A stretch of 64,000 nucleotides of DNA from Eledone cirrhosa (lineage: Eukaryota), in contig OZ024741.1 in NCBI GenBank assembly GCA_964016885.1, forward strand, positions 35,650,001 through 35,714,000. Direction: 5' to 3'. Below, piece by piece: positions 32,100 to 49,950 of the stretch (position 1 is its first letter; each line of letters opens with the position of its first letter). The notes under the pieces are model-generated. The model made no database searches and was not told the DNA's origin. It saw nothing but the letters and a program-made list of their open reading frames with translations. Both the position numbers and the translations under genes were made by a program.

Positions 32100-35000
32100 C
32101 TATACATACAGTGACATTATACAGTACAGTCTATATACTATACATAGTGACATTATACAGTACAGTCTATATACTATATATACAGTGACATTATACAGTA
32201 CAGTCTATATACTATACATACAGTGACATTATACAGTACAGTCTATATACTATACATAGTGACATTATACAGTACAGTCTATATACTATACATAGTGACA
32301 TTATACAGTACAGTCTATATACTATACATACAGTGACATTATACAGTACAGTCTATATACTATACATAGTGACATTATACAGTACAGTCTATATACTATA
32401 CATACAGTGACATTATACAATACAGTCTATATACTATACATACAGTGACATTATACAGTACAGTCTATATACTATACATACAGTGACATTATACAGTACA
32501 GTCTATATACTATACATACAGTGACATTATACAGTAGTCTATATACTATAGATACAGTGACATTATAGAGTGCAGTCTATATACTATAGATACAGTGACA
32601 TTATACAATACAGTCTATATACTATACATACAGTGGCATTATACAGTACAGTCTATATACTATATATACAGTGACATTATACAATACAGTCTATATACTA
32701 TACATACAGTGGCATTATACAGTACAGTCTATATACTATATATACAGTGACATTATACAGTACAGTCTATATACTATACATACAGTGACATTATACAGTA
32801 CAGTCTATATACTATACATAGTTACATTATACAGTACAGTCTATATACTATACATACAGTGACATTATACAGTACAGTCTATATACTATACATACAGTGA
32901 CATTATACAGTAGTCTATATACTATAGATACAGTGACATTATACAGTACAGTCTATATACTATAGATACAGTGACATTATACAATACAGTCTATATACTA
33001 TACATACAGTGGCATTATACAGTACAGTCTATATACTATATATACAGTGACATTATACAATACAGTCTATATACTATACATACAGTGGCATTATACAGTA
33101 CAGTCTATATACTATACATAGTGACATTATACAGTACAGTCTATATACTATATATACAGTGACATTATACAGTACAGTCTATATACTATACATACAGTGA
33201 CATTATACAGTACAGTCTATATACTATACATACAGTGACATTATACAGTACAGTCTATATACTATACATACAGTGACATTATACAGTACAGTCTATATAC
33301 TATACATACAGTGACATTATACAGTACAGTCTATATACTATACATACAGTGACATTATACAGTACAGTCTATATACTATACATATTGACATTATACAGTA
33401 CAGTCTATATACTATACATACAGTGACATTATACAGTACAGTCTATATACTATACATACAGTGACATTATACAGTACAGTCTACATACTATACATACAGT
33501 GACATTATACAGTACAGTCTATATACTATATATACAGTGACATTATACAGTACAGTCTATATACTATACATACAGTGACATTATACAGTACAGTCTATAT
33601 ACTATACATAGTGACATTATACAGTACAGTCTATATACTATACATACAGTGACATTATACAGTACAGTCTATATACTATACATAGTGACATTATACAGTA
33701 CAGTCTATATACTATATATACAGTGACATTATACAGTACAGTCTATATACTATACATACAGTGACATTATACAGTACAGTCTATATACTATAGATACAGT
33801 GACATTATACAGTACAGTCTATATACTATACATACAGTGACATTATACAGTACAGTCTATATACTATACATACAGTGACATACAGTACAGTCTATATACT
33901 ATACATAGTGACATTATACAGTACAGTCTATATACTATACATACAGTGACATTATACAGTACAGTCTATATACTATACATACAGTGACATTATACAGTAC
34001 AGTCTATATACTATACATAGTGACATTATACAGTACAGTCTATATACTATACATACAGTGACATTATACAGTACAGTCTATATACTATACATACAGTGAC
34101 ATCATACAGTACAGTCACTATACTATACATACAGTTACATTATACAGTACAGTCTATATATTATAGATACAGTGACAATATACAGTACAGTCTATATACT
34201 ATACATACAGTGACATTATACAGTACAGTCTATATACTATATATACAGTGACATTATCCAGTACAGTCTATATACTATACATACTGTGACATTATACAGT
34301 ACAGTCTATATACTATAGATACAGTGACATTATACAGTACAGTCTATATACTATACATACAGTGACATTATACAGTACAGTCTATATACTATACGTACAG
34401 TGACATTATACAGTACAGTCTATATACTATACATAGTGACATTATACAGTACAGTCTATATACTATACATACAGTGACATTATACAATACAGTCTATATA
34501 CTATACATACAGTGGCATTATACAGTACAGTCTATATACTATACATAGTGACATTATACAGTACAGTCTATATACTATATATACAGTGACATTATACAGT
34601 ACAGTCTATATACTATACATACAGTGACATTATACAGTACAGTCTATATACTATACATAGTGACATTATACAGTACAGTCTATATACTATACATACAGTG
34701 ACATTATACAGTACAGTCTATATACTATACATACAGTGACATTATACAGTAGAGTCTATATACTATACATAGTGACATTATACAGTACAGTCTATATACT
34801 ATATATACAGTGACATTATACAGTACAGTCTATATACTATACATACAGTGACATTATACAGTACAGTCTATATACTATAGATACAGTGACATTATACAGT
34901 ACAGTCTATATACTATACATACAGCGACATTATACAGTACAGTCTATATACTATATATACAGTGACATTATCCAGTACAGTCTATATACTATACATACTG

Positions 35001-38000
35001 TGACATTATACAGTACAGTCTATATACTATACGTACAGTGACGTTATACAGTACAGTCTATATACTATACATAGTGACATTATACAGTACAGTCTATATA
35101 CTATACATACAGTGACATTATACAATACAGTCTATATACTATACATACAGTGGCATTATACAGTACAGTCTATATACTATACATAGTGACATTATACAGT
35201 ACAGTCTATATACTATATATACAGTGACATTATACAGTACAGTCTATATACTATACATACAATGACATTATACAGTACAGTCTATATACTATATATACAG
35301 TGACATTATACAGTACAGTCTATATACTATACATACAGTGACATTATACAGTACAGTCTATATACTATACATACAGTGACATTATACAGTAGTCTATATA
35401 CTATAGATACAGTGACATTATACAGTACAGTCTATATACTATAGATACAGTGACATTATACAATACAGTCTATATACTATACATACAGTGGCATTATACA
35501 GTACAGTCTATATACTATACATACAGTGACATTATACAGTACAGTCTATATACTATACATACAGTGACATTATACAATACAGTCTATATACTATACATAC
35601 AGTCGCATTATACAGTACAGTCTATATACTATATATACAGTGACATTATACAGTACAGTCTATATACTATACATACAGTGACATTATACAGTACAGTCTA
35701 TATACTATATATACAGTGACATTATACAGTACAGTCTATATACTATACATACAATGACATTATACAGTACAGTCTATATACTATACATACAGTGACATTA
35801 TACAGTACAGTCTATATACTATACATAGTGACATTATACAGTACAGTCTATATACTATACATACAGCGACATTATACAGTACAGTCTATATACTATACAT
35901 ACAGTGACATTATACAGTACAGTCTATATACTATACATAGTGACATTATACAGTACAGTCTATATACTATACATAGTGACATTATACAGTACAGTCTATA
36001 TACTATACATACAGTGACATTATACAGTACAGTCTATATACTATACATAGTGACATTATACAGTACAGTCTATATACTATACATACAGTGACATTATACA
36101 GTACAGTCTATATACTATACATACAGTGACATTATACAGTAGTCTATATACTATAGATACAGTGACATTATACAGTACAGTCTATATACTATAGATACAG
36201 TGACATTATACAATACAGTCTATATACTATACATACTGTGGCATTATACAGTACAGTCTATATACTATACATACAGTGACATTATACAGTACAGTCTATA
36301 TACTATACATACAGTGACATTATACAATACAGTCTATATACTATACATACAGTCGCATTATACAGTACAGTCTATATACTATATATACAGTGACATTATA
36401 CAGTACAGTCTATATACTATACATACAGTGACATTATACAGTACAGTCTATATACTATATATACAGTGACATTATACAGTACAGTCTATATACTTTATAT
36501 ACAGTGACATTATACAGTACAGTCTATATACTATACATACAGTGACATTATACAGTACAGTCTATATACTATACATACAATGACATTATACAGTACAGTC
36601 TATATACTATACATACAGTGACATTATACAGTACAGTCTATATACTATACATAGTGACATTATACAGTACAGTCTATATACTATACATACAGCGACATTA
36701 TACAGTACAGTCTATATACTATACATACAGTGACATTATACAATACAGTCTATATACTATACATAGTGACATTATACAGTACAGTCTATATACTATACAT
36801 AGTGACATTATACAGTACAGTCTATATACTATATATACAGTGACATTATACAGTACAGTCTATATACTATACATACAGTGACATTATACAGTACAGTCTA
36901 TATACTATACATAGTGACATTATACAGTACAGTCTATATACTATACATAGTGACATTATACAGTACAGTCTATATACTATACATACAGTGACATTATACA
37001 GTACAGTCTATATACTATACATAGTGACATTATACAGTACAGTCTATATACTATACATACAGTGACATTATACAATACAGTCTATATACTATACATACAG
37101 TGACATTATACAGTACAGTCTATATACTATACATACAGTGACATTATACAGTACAGTCTATATACTATACATACAGTGACATTATACAGTAGTCTATATA
37201 CTATAGATACAGTGACATTATAGAGTGCAGTCTATATACTATAGATACAGTGACATTATACAATACAGTCTATATACTATACATACAGTGGCATTATACA
37301 GTACAGTCTATATACTATATATACAGTGACATTATACAATACAGTCTATATACTATACATACAGTGGCATTATACAGTACAGTCTATATACTATATATAC
37401 AGTGACATTATACAGTACAGTCTATATACTATACATACAGTGACATTATACAGTACAGTCTATATACTATACATAGTTACATTATACAGTACAGTCTATA
37501 TACTATACATACAGTGACATTATACAGTACAGTCTATATACTATACATACAGTGACATTATACAGTAGTCTATATACTATAGATACAGTGACATTATACA
37601 GTACAGTCTATATACTATAGATACAGTGACATTATACAATACAGTCTATATACTATACATACAGTGGCATTATACAGTACAGTCTATATACTATATATAC
37701 AGTGACATTATACAATACAGTCTATATACTATACATACAGTGGCATTATACAGTACAGTCTATATACTATACATAGTGACATTATACAGTACAGTCTATA
37801 TACTATATATACAGTGACATTATACAGTACAGTCTATATACTATACATACAGTGACATTATACAGTACAGTCTATATACTATACATACAGTGACATTATA
37901 CAGTACAGTCTATATACTATACATACAGTGACATTATACAGTACAGTCTATATACTATACATACAGTGACATTATACAGTACAGTCTATATACTATACAT

Positions 38001-41000
38001 ACAGTGACATTATACAGTACAGTCTATATACTATACATATTGACATTATACAGTACAGTCTATATACTATACATACAGTGACATTATACAGTACAGTCTA
38101 TATACTATACATACAGTGACATTATACAGTACAGTCTACATACTATACATACAGTGACATTATACAGTACAGTCTATATACTATATATACAGTGACATTA
38201 TACAGTACAGTCTATATACTATACATACAGTGACATTATACAGTACAGTCTATATACTATACATAGTGACATTATACAGTACAGTCTATATACTATACAT
38301 ACAGTGACATTATACAGTACAGTCTATATACTATACATACAGTGACATTATACAGTACAGTCTATATACTATACATAGTGACATTATACAGTACAGTCTA
38401 TATACTATATATACAGTGACATTATACAGTACAGTCTATATACTATACATACAGTGACATTATACAGTACAGTCTATATACTATAGATACAGTGACATTA
38501 TACAGTACAGTCTATATACTATACATACAGTGACATTATACAGTACAGTCTATATACTATACATACAGTGACATTATACAGTACAGTCTATATACTATAC
38601 ATAGTGACATTATACAGTACAGTCTATATACTATACATACAGTGACATTATACAGTACAGTCTATATACTATACATACAGTGACATTATACAGTACAGTC
38701 TATATACTATACATAGTGACATTATACAGTACAGTCTATATACTATACATACAGTGACATTATACAGTACAGTCTATATACTATACATACAGTGACATCA
38801 TACAGTACAGTCACTATACTATACATACAGTTACATTATACAGTACAGTCTATATATTATAGATACAGTGACAATATACAGTACAGTCTATATACTATAC
38901 ATACAGTGACATTATACAGTACAGTCTATATACTATATATACAGTGACATTATCCAGTACAGTCTATATACTATACATACTGTGACATTATACAGTACAG
39001 TCTATATACTATAGATACAGTGACATTATACAGTACAGTCTATATACTATACATACAGTGACATTATACAGTACAGTCTATATACTATACGTACAGTGAC
39101 ATTATACAGTACAGTCTATATACTATACATAGTGACATTATACAGTACAGTCTATATACTATACATACAGTGACATTATACAATACAGTCTATATACTAT
39201 ACATACAGTGGCATTATACAGTACAGTCTATATACTATACATAGTGACATTATACAGTACAGTCTATATACTATATATACAGTGACATTATACAGTACAG
39301 TCTATATACTATACATACAGTGACATTATACAGTACAGTCTATATACTATACATAGTGACATTATACAGTACAGTCTATATACTATACATACAGTGACAT
39401 TATACAGTACAGTCTATATACTATACATACAGTGACATTATACAGTAGAGTCTATATACTATACATAGTGACATTATACAGTACAGTCTATATACTATAT
39501 ATACAGTGACATTATACAGTACAGTCTATATACTATACATACAGTGACATTATACAGTACAGTCTATATACTATAGATACAGTGACATTATACAGTACAG
39601 TCTATATACTATACATACAGCGACATTATACAGTACAGTCTATATACTATATATACAGTGACATTATCCAGTACAGTCTATATACTATACATACTGTGAC
39701 ATTATACAGTACAGTCTATATACTATACGTACAGTGACGTTATACAGTACAGTCTATATACTATACATAGTGACATTATACAGTACAGTCTATATACTAT
39801 ACATACAGTGACATTATACAATACAGTCTATATACTATACATACAGTGGCATTATACAGTACAGTCTATATACTATACATAGTGACATTATACAGTACAG
39901 TCTATATACTATATATACAGTGACATTATACAGTACAGTCTATATACTATACATACAATGACATTATACAGTACAGTCTATATACTATATATACAGTGAC
40001 ATTATACAGTACAGTCTATATACTATACATACAGTGACATTATACAGTACAGTCTATATACTATACATACAGTGACATTATACAGTAGTCTATATACTAT
40101 AGATACAGTGACATTATACAGTACAGTCTATATACTATAGATACAGTGACATTATACAATACAGTCTATATACTATACATACAGTGGCATTATACAGTAC
40201 AGTCTATATACTATACATACAGTGACATTATACAGTACAGTCTATATACTATACATACAGTGACATTATACAATACAGTCTATATACTATACATACAGTC
40301 GCATTATACAGTACAGTCTATATACTATATATACAGTGACATTATACAGTACAGTCTATATACTATACATACAGTGACATTATACAGTACAGTCTATATA
40401 CTATATATACAGTGACATTATACAGTACAGTCTATATACTATACATACAATGACATTATACAGTACAGTCTATATACTATACATACAGTGACATTATACA
40501 GTACAGTCTATATACTATACATAGTGACATTATACAGTACAGTCTATATACTATACATACAGCGACATTATACAGTACAGTCTATATACTATACATACAG
40601 TGACATTATACAGTACAGTCTATATACTATACATAGTGACATTATACAGTACAGTCTATATACTATACATAGTGACATTATACAGTACAGTCTATATACT
40701 ATACATACAGTGACATTATACAGTACAGTCTATATACTATACATAGTGACATTATACAGTACAGTCTATATACTATACATACAGTGACATTATACAGTAC
40801 AGTCTATATACTATACATACAGTGACATTATACAGTAGTCTATATACTATAGATACAGTGACATTATACAGTACAGTCTATATACTATAGATACAGTGAC
40901 ATTATACAATACAGTCTATATACTATACATACTGTGGCATTATACAGTACAGTCTATATACTATACATACAGTGACATTATACAGTACAGTCTATATACT

Positions 41001-41500
41001 ATACATACAGTGACATTATACAATACAGTCTATATACTATACATACAGTCGCATTATACAGTACAGTCTATATACTATATATACAGTGACATTATACAGT
41101 ACAGTCTATATACTATACATACAGTGACATTATACAGTACAGTCTATATACTATATATACAGTGACATTATACAGTACAGTCTATATACTTTATATACAG
41201 TGACATTATACAGTACAGTCTATATACTATACATACAGTGACATTATACAGTACAGTCTATATACTATACATACAATGACATTATACAGTACAGTCTATA
41301 TACTATACATACAGTGACATTATACAGTACAGTCTATATACTATACATAGTGACATTATACAGTACAGTCTATATACTATACATACAGCGACATTATACA
41401 GTACAGTCTATATACTATACATACAGTGACATTATACAATACAGTCTATATACTATACATAGTGACATTATACAGTACAGTCTATATAATATACATAGTG
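32100..41500. repeat. Higher-order repeat, two tandem copies of ~4.7 kb
   Basis: TAGAGTGCAG at 32566/37221 (+4655). Matching pseudo-ORFs at 32671/37326 (+4655) and 35450/40146, 36200/40896 (+4696). Shared markers GTTACATT, CATATTGAC, GTCACTATA, AGTCGCATT, ACTTTATAT. Confidence 0.9.
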
Positions 41501-44500
41501 ACATTATACAGTACAGTCTATATACTATACATACAGTGACATTATACAGTACAGTCTATATACTATACATAGTGACATTATACAGTACAGTCTATATACT
41601 ATACATACAGTGACATTATACAATACAGTCTATATACTATACATACAGTGGCATTATACAGTACAGTCTATATACTATATATACAGTGACATTATACAAT
41701 ACAGTCTATATACTATACATACAGTGGCATTATACAGTACAGTCTATATACTATATATACAGTGGCATTATACAGTAGTCTATATACTATACATACAGTG
41801 ACATTATACAGTACAGTCTATATACTATACATACAGTGACATTATACAGTACAGTCTATATACTATATATACAGTGGCATTATACAGTAGTCTATATACT
41901 ATACATACAGTGAATTTTTACAGTACAGTTTATATACTATACATACAGTGACATTATACAGTACAGTCTATATACTATACATAGTGACATTATACAGTAC
42001 AGTCTATATACTATATATACAGTGACATCATACAGTACAGTCTATATACTATATATACAGTGACATTATCCAGTACAGTCTATATACTATATATACAGTG
42101 ACATTATACAGTACAGTCTATATACTATATATACAGTGACATTATCCAGTAGTCTATATACTATACATAGTGACATTATACAGTACAGTTTATATACTAT
42201 AGATACAGTGACATTATACAGTACAGTCTATATACTATACATACAGTGACATTATACAGTACAGTCTATATACTATACATACAGTGACATTATACAGTAC
42301 AGTCTATATACTATACATACAGTGACATTATACAGTACAGTCTATATACTATATATACAGTGACATTATACAGTACAGTCTATATACTATACATACAGTG
42401 ACATTATACAGTACAGTCTATATACTATACATAGTGACATTATACAGTACAGTCTATATACTATACATACAGTGACATTATACAGTACAGTCTATATACT
42501 ATATATACAGTGACATTATACAGTACAGTCTATATGCTATACATACAGTGACATTATACAGTACAGTCTATATACTATACATACAGTGACATTATACAGT
42601 ACAGTCTATATACTATACATAGTGACATTATACAGTAAAGTCTATATACTATACATACAGTGACATTATACAGTACAGTCTATATACTATATATACAGTG
42701 ACATTATACAGTACAGTCTATATTCTATACATAGTGACATTATACAGTACAGTCTCTATACTATACATACAGTAACATTATCCAGTACAGTCTATATACT
42801 ATATATACAGTGACATTATACAGTACAGTCAATATACTATACATACAGTGACATTATACAGTACAGTCTATATACTATAGAGTGACAATATACAGTACAG
42901 TCTATATACTATACATACAGTGACATTATACAGTACAGTCTATATACTATATATACAGTGACATTATCCAGTACAGTCTATATAATCTACATACAGTGAC
43001 ATTATACAGTACAGTCTATATACTATAGATACAGTGACATTATACAGTACAGTCTATATACTATACATACAGTGACTTTATACAGTAGTCTATATACTAT
43101 ATATACAGTGGCATTATACAGTACAGTCTATATACTATACATAGTGATATTATACAGTACAGTCTATATACTATATATACAGTGACATTATACAGTACAG
43201 TCTATATACTATACATAGTGATATTATACAGTACAGTCTATATACTATACATACAGTGACATTATACAGTACAGTCTATATACTATATATACAGTGACAT
43301 TATACAGTACAGTCTATATACTATACATACAGTGACATTATACAGTACAGTCTATATACTATACATACAATGACTTTATACAGTACAGTCTATATACTAT
43401 ACATACAGTGACATTATACAGTACAGTCTATATACTATACATAGTGACATTATACAGTACAGTCTATATACTATACATACAGTGACATTATACAGTACAG
43501 TCTATATACTATAGATACAGTGACATTATACAGTACAGTCTATATACTATAGATACAGTGACATTATACAGTACAGTCTATATACTATATATACAGTGAC
43601 ATTATACAGTACAGTCTATATACTATATATACAGTGACATTATACAGTACAGTCTATATACTATACATACAGTAGCATTATACAGTAGTCTATATACTAT
43701 ACATACAGTGACATTATACAGTACAGTCTATATACTATACATACAGTGACATTATACAGTACAGTCTATATACTATACATACAGTGACATTATACAGTAC
43801 AGTCTATATACTATACATACAGTGGCATTATATAGTACAGTCTATATACTATACATAGTGACATTATACAGTACAGTCTATATACTATACATACAGTGAC
43901 ATTATACAGTACAGTCTATATACTATACATACAGTGGCATTATATAGTACAGTCTATATACTATAGATACAGTGACATTATACAGTACAGTCTATATACT
44001 ATACATACAGTGACATTATACAGTACAGTCTATATACTATACATACAGTGACATTATACAGTACAGTCTATATACTATACATACAGTGACATTATACAGT
44101 ACAGTCTATATACTATACATACAGTGACATTATACAGTACAGTCTATATACTATACATACAGTGACATTATACAGTAGTCTATATACTATACATACAGTG
44201 ACATTATACAGTACAGTCTATATACTATACATACAGCGACATTATACAGTACAGTCTATATACTATACATACAGTGACATTATACAGTACAGTCTATATA
44301 CTTTACATACAGTGACATTATACAGTACAGTCTATATACTATACATACAGTGACATTATACAGTACAGTCTATATACTATACATACAGTGACATTATACA
44401 GTACAGTCTATATACTATACATACTGACATTATACAGTACAGTCTATATACTATATATACAGTGACATTATACAGTACAGTCTATATACTATACATACAG

Positions 44501-45799
44501 TGACATTATACAGTACAGTCTATATACTATACATACAGTGACATTATACAGTACAGTCTATATACTATACATACAGTGGCATTATACAGTACAGTCTATA
44601 TACTATACATAGTGACATTATACAGTACAGTCTATATACTATACATACAGTGACATTATACAGTACAGTCTATATACTATACATAGTGACATTATACAGT
44701 ACAGTCTATATACTATACATACAGTGACATTATACAGTACAGTCTATATACTATACATACAGTGACGTTATACAGTACAGTCTATATTCTATACATATTG
44801 ACATTATACAGTACAGTCTATATACTATACATACAGTGACATTATACAGTACAGTCTATATACTATACATACAGTGACATTATACAGTACAGTCTACATA
44901 CTATACATACAGTGACATTATACAGTACAGTCTATATACTATATATACAGTGACATTATACAGTACAGTCTATATACTATACATACAGTGACATTATACA
45001 GTACAGTCTATATACTATACATAGTGACATTATACAGTACAGTCTATATACTATACATACAGTGACATTATACAGTACAGTCTATATACTATACATACAG
45101 TGACATTATACAGTACAGTCTATATACTATACATAGTGACATTATACAGTACAGTCTATATACTATATATACAGTGACATTATACAGTACAGTCTATATA
45201 CCATACATACAGTGACATTATACAGTACAGTCTATATACTATAGATACAGTGACATTATACAGTACAGTCTATATACTATACATACAGTGACATTATACA
45301 GTACAGTCTATATACTATACATACAGTGACATTATACAGTACAGTCTATATACTATACATAGTGACATTATACAGTACAGTCTATATACTATACATACAG
45401 TGACATTATACAGTACAGTCTATATACTATACATACAGTGACATTATACAGTACAGTCTATATACTATACATAGTGACATTATACAGTACAGTCTATATA
45501 CTATACATACAGTGACATTATACAGTACAGTCTATATACTATACATACAGTGACATCATACAGTACAGTCAATATACTATACATACAGTTACATTATACA
45601 GTACAGTCTATATATTATAGATAGTGACAATATACAGTACAGTCTATATACTATACATACAGTGACATTATACAGTACAGTCTATATACTATATATACAG
45701 TGACATTATCCAGTACAGTCTATATACTATACATACTGTGACATTATACAGTACAGTCTATATACTATAGATACAGTGACATTATACAGTACAGTCTAT

Positions 45800-48700
45800 A
45801 TACTATACATACAGTGACATTATACAGTACAGTCTATATACTATACGTACAGTGACATTATACAGTACAGTCTATATACTATACATAGTGACATTATACA
45901 GTACAGTCTATATACTATACATACAGTGACATTATACAATACAGTCTATATACTATACATACAGTGGCATTATACAGTACAGTCTATATACTATACATAG
46001 TGACATTATACAGTACAGTCTATATACTATATATACAGTGACATTATACAGTACAGTCTATATACTATACATACAGTGACATTATACAGTACAGTCTATA
46101 TACTATACATAGTGACATTATACAGTACAGTCTATATACTATACATACAGTGACATTATACAGTACAGTCTATATACTATACATACAGTGACATTATACA
46201 GTAGAGTCTATATACTATACATAGTGACATTATACAGTACAGTCTATATACTATATATACAGTGACATTATACAGTACAGTCTATATACTATACATACAG
46301 TGACATTATACAGTACAGTCTATATACTATAGATACAGTGACATTATACAGTACAGTCTATATACTATACATACAGTGACATTATACAGTACAGTCTATA
46401 TACTATATATACAGTGACATTATCCAGTACAGTCTATATACTATACATACTGTGACATTATACAGTACAGTCTATATACTATACGTACAGTGACATTATA
46501 CAGTACAGTCTATATACTATACATAGTGACATTATACAGTACAGTCTATATACTATACATACAGTGACATTATACAATACAGTCTATATACTATACATAC
46601 AGTGGCATTATACAGTACAGTCTATATACTATACATAGTGACATTATACAGTACAGTCTATATACTATATATACAGTGACATTATACAGTACAGTCTATA
46701 TACTATACATACAATGACATTATACAGTACAGTCTATATACTATATATACAGTGACATTATACAGTACAGTCTATATACTATACATACAGTGACATTATA
46801 CAGTACAGTCTATATACTATACATACAGTGACATTATACAGTAGTCTATATACTATAGATACAGTGACATTATACAGTACAGTCTATATACTATAGATAC
46901 AGTGACATTATACAATACAGTCTATATACTATACATACAGTGGCATTATACAGTACAGTCTATATACTATACATACAGTGACATTATACAGTACAGTCTA
47001 TATACTATACATACAGTGACATTATACAATACAGTCTATATACTATACATACAGTCGCATTATACAGTACAGTCTATATACTATATATACAGTGACATTA
47101 TACAGTACAGTCTATATACTATACATACAGTGACATTATACAGTACAGTCTACATACTATATATACAGTGACATTATACAGTACAGTCTATATACTATAC
47201 ATACAATGACATTATACAGTACAGTCTATATACTATACATACAGTGACATTATACAGTACAGTCTATATACTATACATAGTGACATTATACAGTACAGTC
47301 TATATACTATACATACAGCGACATTATACAGTACAGTCTATATACTATACATACAGTGACATTATACAGTACAGTCTATATACTATACATAGTGACATTA
47401 TACAGTACAGTCTATATACTATACATAGTGACATTATACAGTACAGTCTATATACTATACATACAGTGACATTATACAGTACAGTCTATATACTATACAT
47501 AGTGACATTATACAGTACAGTCTATATACTATACATACAGTGACATTATACAGTACAGTCTATATACTATACATACAGTGACATTATACAGTAGTCTATA
47601 TACTATAGATACAGTGACATTATACAGTACAGTCTATATACTATAGATACAGTGACATTATACAATACAGTCTATATACTATACATACTGTGGCATTATA
47701 CAGTACAGTCTATATACTATACATACAGTGACATTATACAGTACAGTCTATATACTATACATACAGTGACATTATACAATACAGTCTATATACTATACAT
47801 ACAGTCGCATTATACAGTACAGTCTATATACTATACATAGTGACATTATACAGTACAGTCTATATACTATATATACAGTGACATTATCCAGTACAGTCTA
47901 TATACTATACATACTGTGACATTATACAGTACAGTCTATATACTATACGTACAGTGACATTATACAGTACAGTCTATATACTATACATAGTGACATTATA
48001 CAGTACAGTCTATATACTATACATACAGTGACATTATACAATACAGTCTATATACTATACATACAGTGGCATTATACAGTACAGTCTATATACTATACAT
48101 AGTGACATTATACAGTACAGTCTATATACTATATATACAGTGACATTATACAGTACAGTCTATATACTATACATACAGTGACATTATACAGTACAGTCTA
48201 TATACTATACATAGTGACATTATACAGTACAGTCTATATACTATACATACAGTGACATTATACAGTACAGTCTATATACTATACATACAGTGACATTATA
48301 CAGTAGAGTCTATATACTATACATAGTGACATTATACAGTACAGTCTATATACTATATATACAGTGACATTATACAGTACAGTCTATATACTATACATAC
48401 AGTGACATTATACAGTACAGTCTATATACTATAGATACAGTGACATTATACAGTACAGTCTATATACTATACATACAGTGACATTATACAGTACAGTCTA
48501 TATACTATATATACAGTGACATTATCCAGTACAGTCTATATACTATACATACTGTGACATTATACAGTACAGTCTATATACTATACGTACAGTGACATTA
48601 TACAGTACAGTCTATATACTATACATAGTGACATTATACAGTACAGTCTATATACTATACATACAGTGACATTATACAATACAGTCTATATACTATACAT

Positions 48701-49950
48701 ACAGTGGCATTATACAGTACAGTCTATATACTATACATAGTGACATTATACAGTACAGTCTATATACTATATATACAGTGACATTATACAGTACAGTCTA
48801 TATACTATACATACAATGACATTATACAGTACAGTCTATATACTATATATACAGTGACATTATACAGTACAGTCTATATACTATACATACAGTGACATTA
48901 TACAGTACAGTCTATATACTATACATACAGTGACATTATACAGTAGTCTATATACTATAGATACAGTGACATTATACAGTACAGTCTATATACTATAGAT
49001 ACAGTGACATTATACAATACAGTCTATATACTATACATACAGTGGCATTATACAGTACAGTCTATATACTATACATACAGTGACATTATACAGTACAGTC
49101 TATATACTATACATACAGTGACATTATACAATACAGTCTATATACTATACATACAGTCGCATTATACAGTACAGTCTATATACTATATATACAGTGACAT
49201 TATACAGTACAGTCTATATACTATACATACAGTGACATTATACAGTACAGTCTACATACTATATATACAGTGACATTATACAGTACAGTCTATATACTAT
49301 ACATACAATGACATTATACAGTACAGTCTATATACTATACATACAGTGACATTATACAGTACAGTCTATATACTATACATAGTGACATTATACAGTACAG
49401 TCTATATACTATACATACAGCGACATTATACAGTACAGTTTATATACTATACATACAGTGACATTATACAGTACAGTCTATATACTATACATAGTGACAT
49501 TATACAGTACAGTCTATATACTATACATAGTGACATTATACAGTACAGTCTATATACTATACATACAGTGACATTATACAGTACAGTCTATATACTATAC
49601 ATAGTGACATTATACAGTACAGTCTATATACTATACATACAGTGACATTATACAGTACAGTCTATATACTATACATACAGTGACATTATACAGTAGTCTA
49701 TATACTATAGATACAGTGACATTATACAGTACAGTCTATATACTATAGATACAGTGACATTATACAATACAGTCTATATACTATACATACTGTGGCATTA
49801 TACAGTACAGTCTATATACTATACATACAGTGACATTATACAGTACAGTCTATATACTATACATACAGTGACATTATACAATACAGTCTATATACTATAC
49901 ATACAGTCGCATTATACAGTACAGTCTATATACTATATATACAGTGACAT
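45800..49950. repeat. Tandem duplication with 2,102-bp period (part of the 4.7 kb HOR family)
   Basis: GTAGAG at 46201/48303, ACGTAC at 45845/47947, pseudo-ORFs at 46902/49004, 47244/49346 and 47652/49754, all +2102. Confidence 0.85.
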
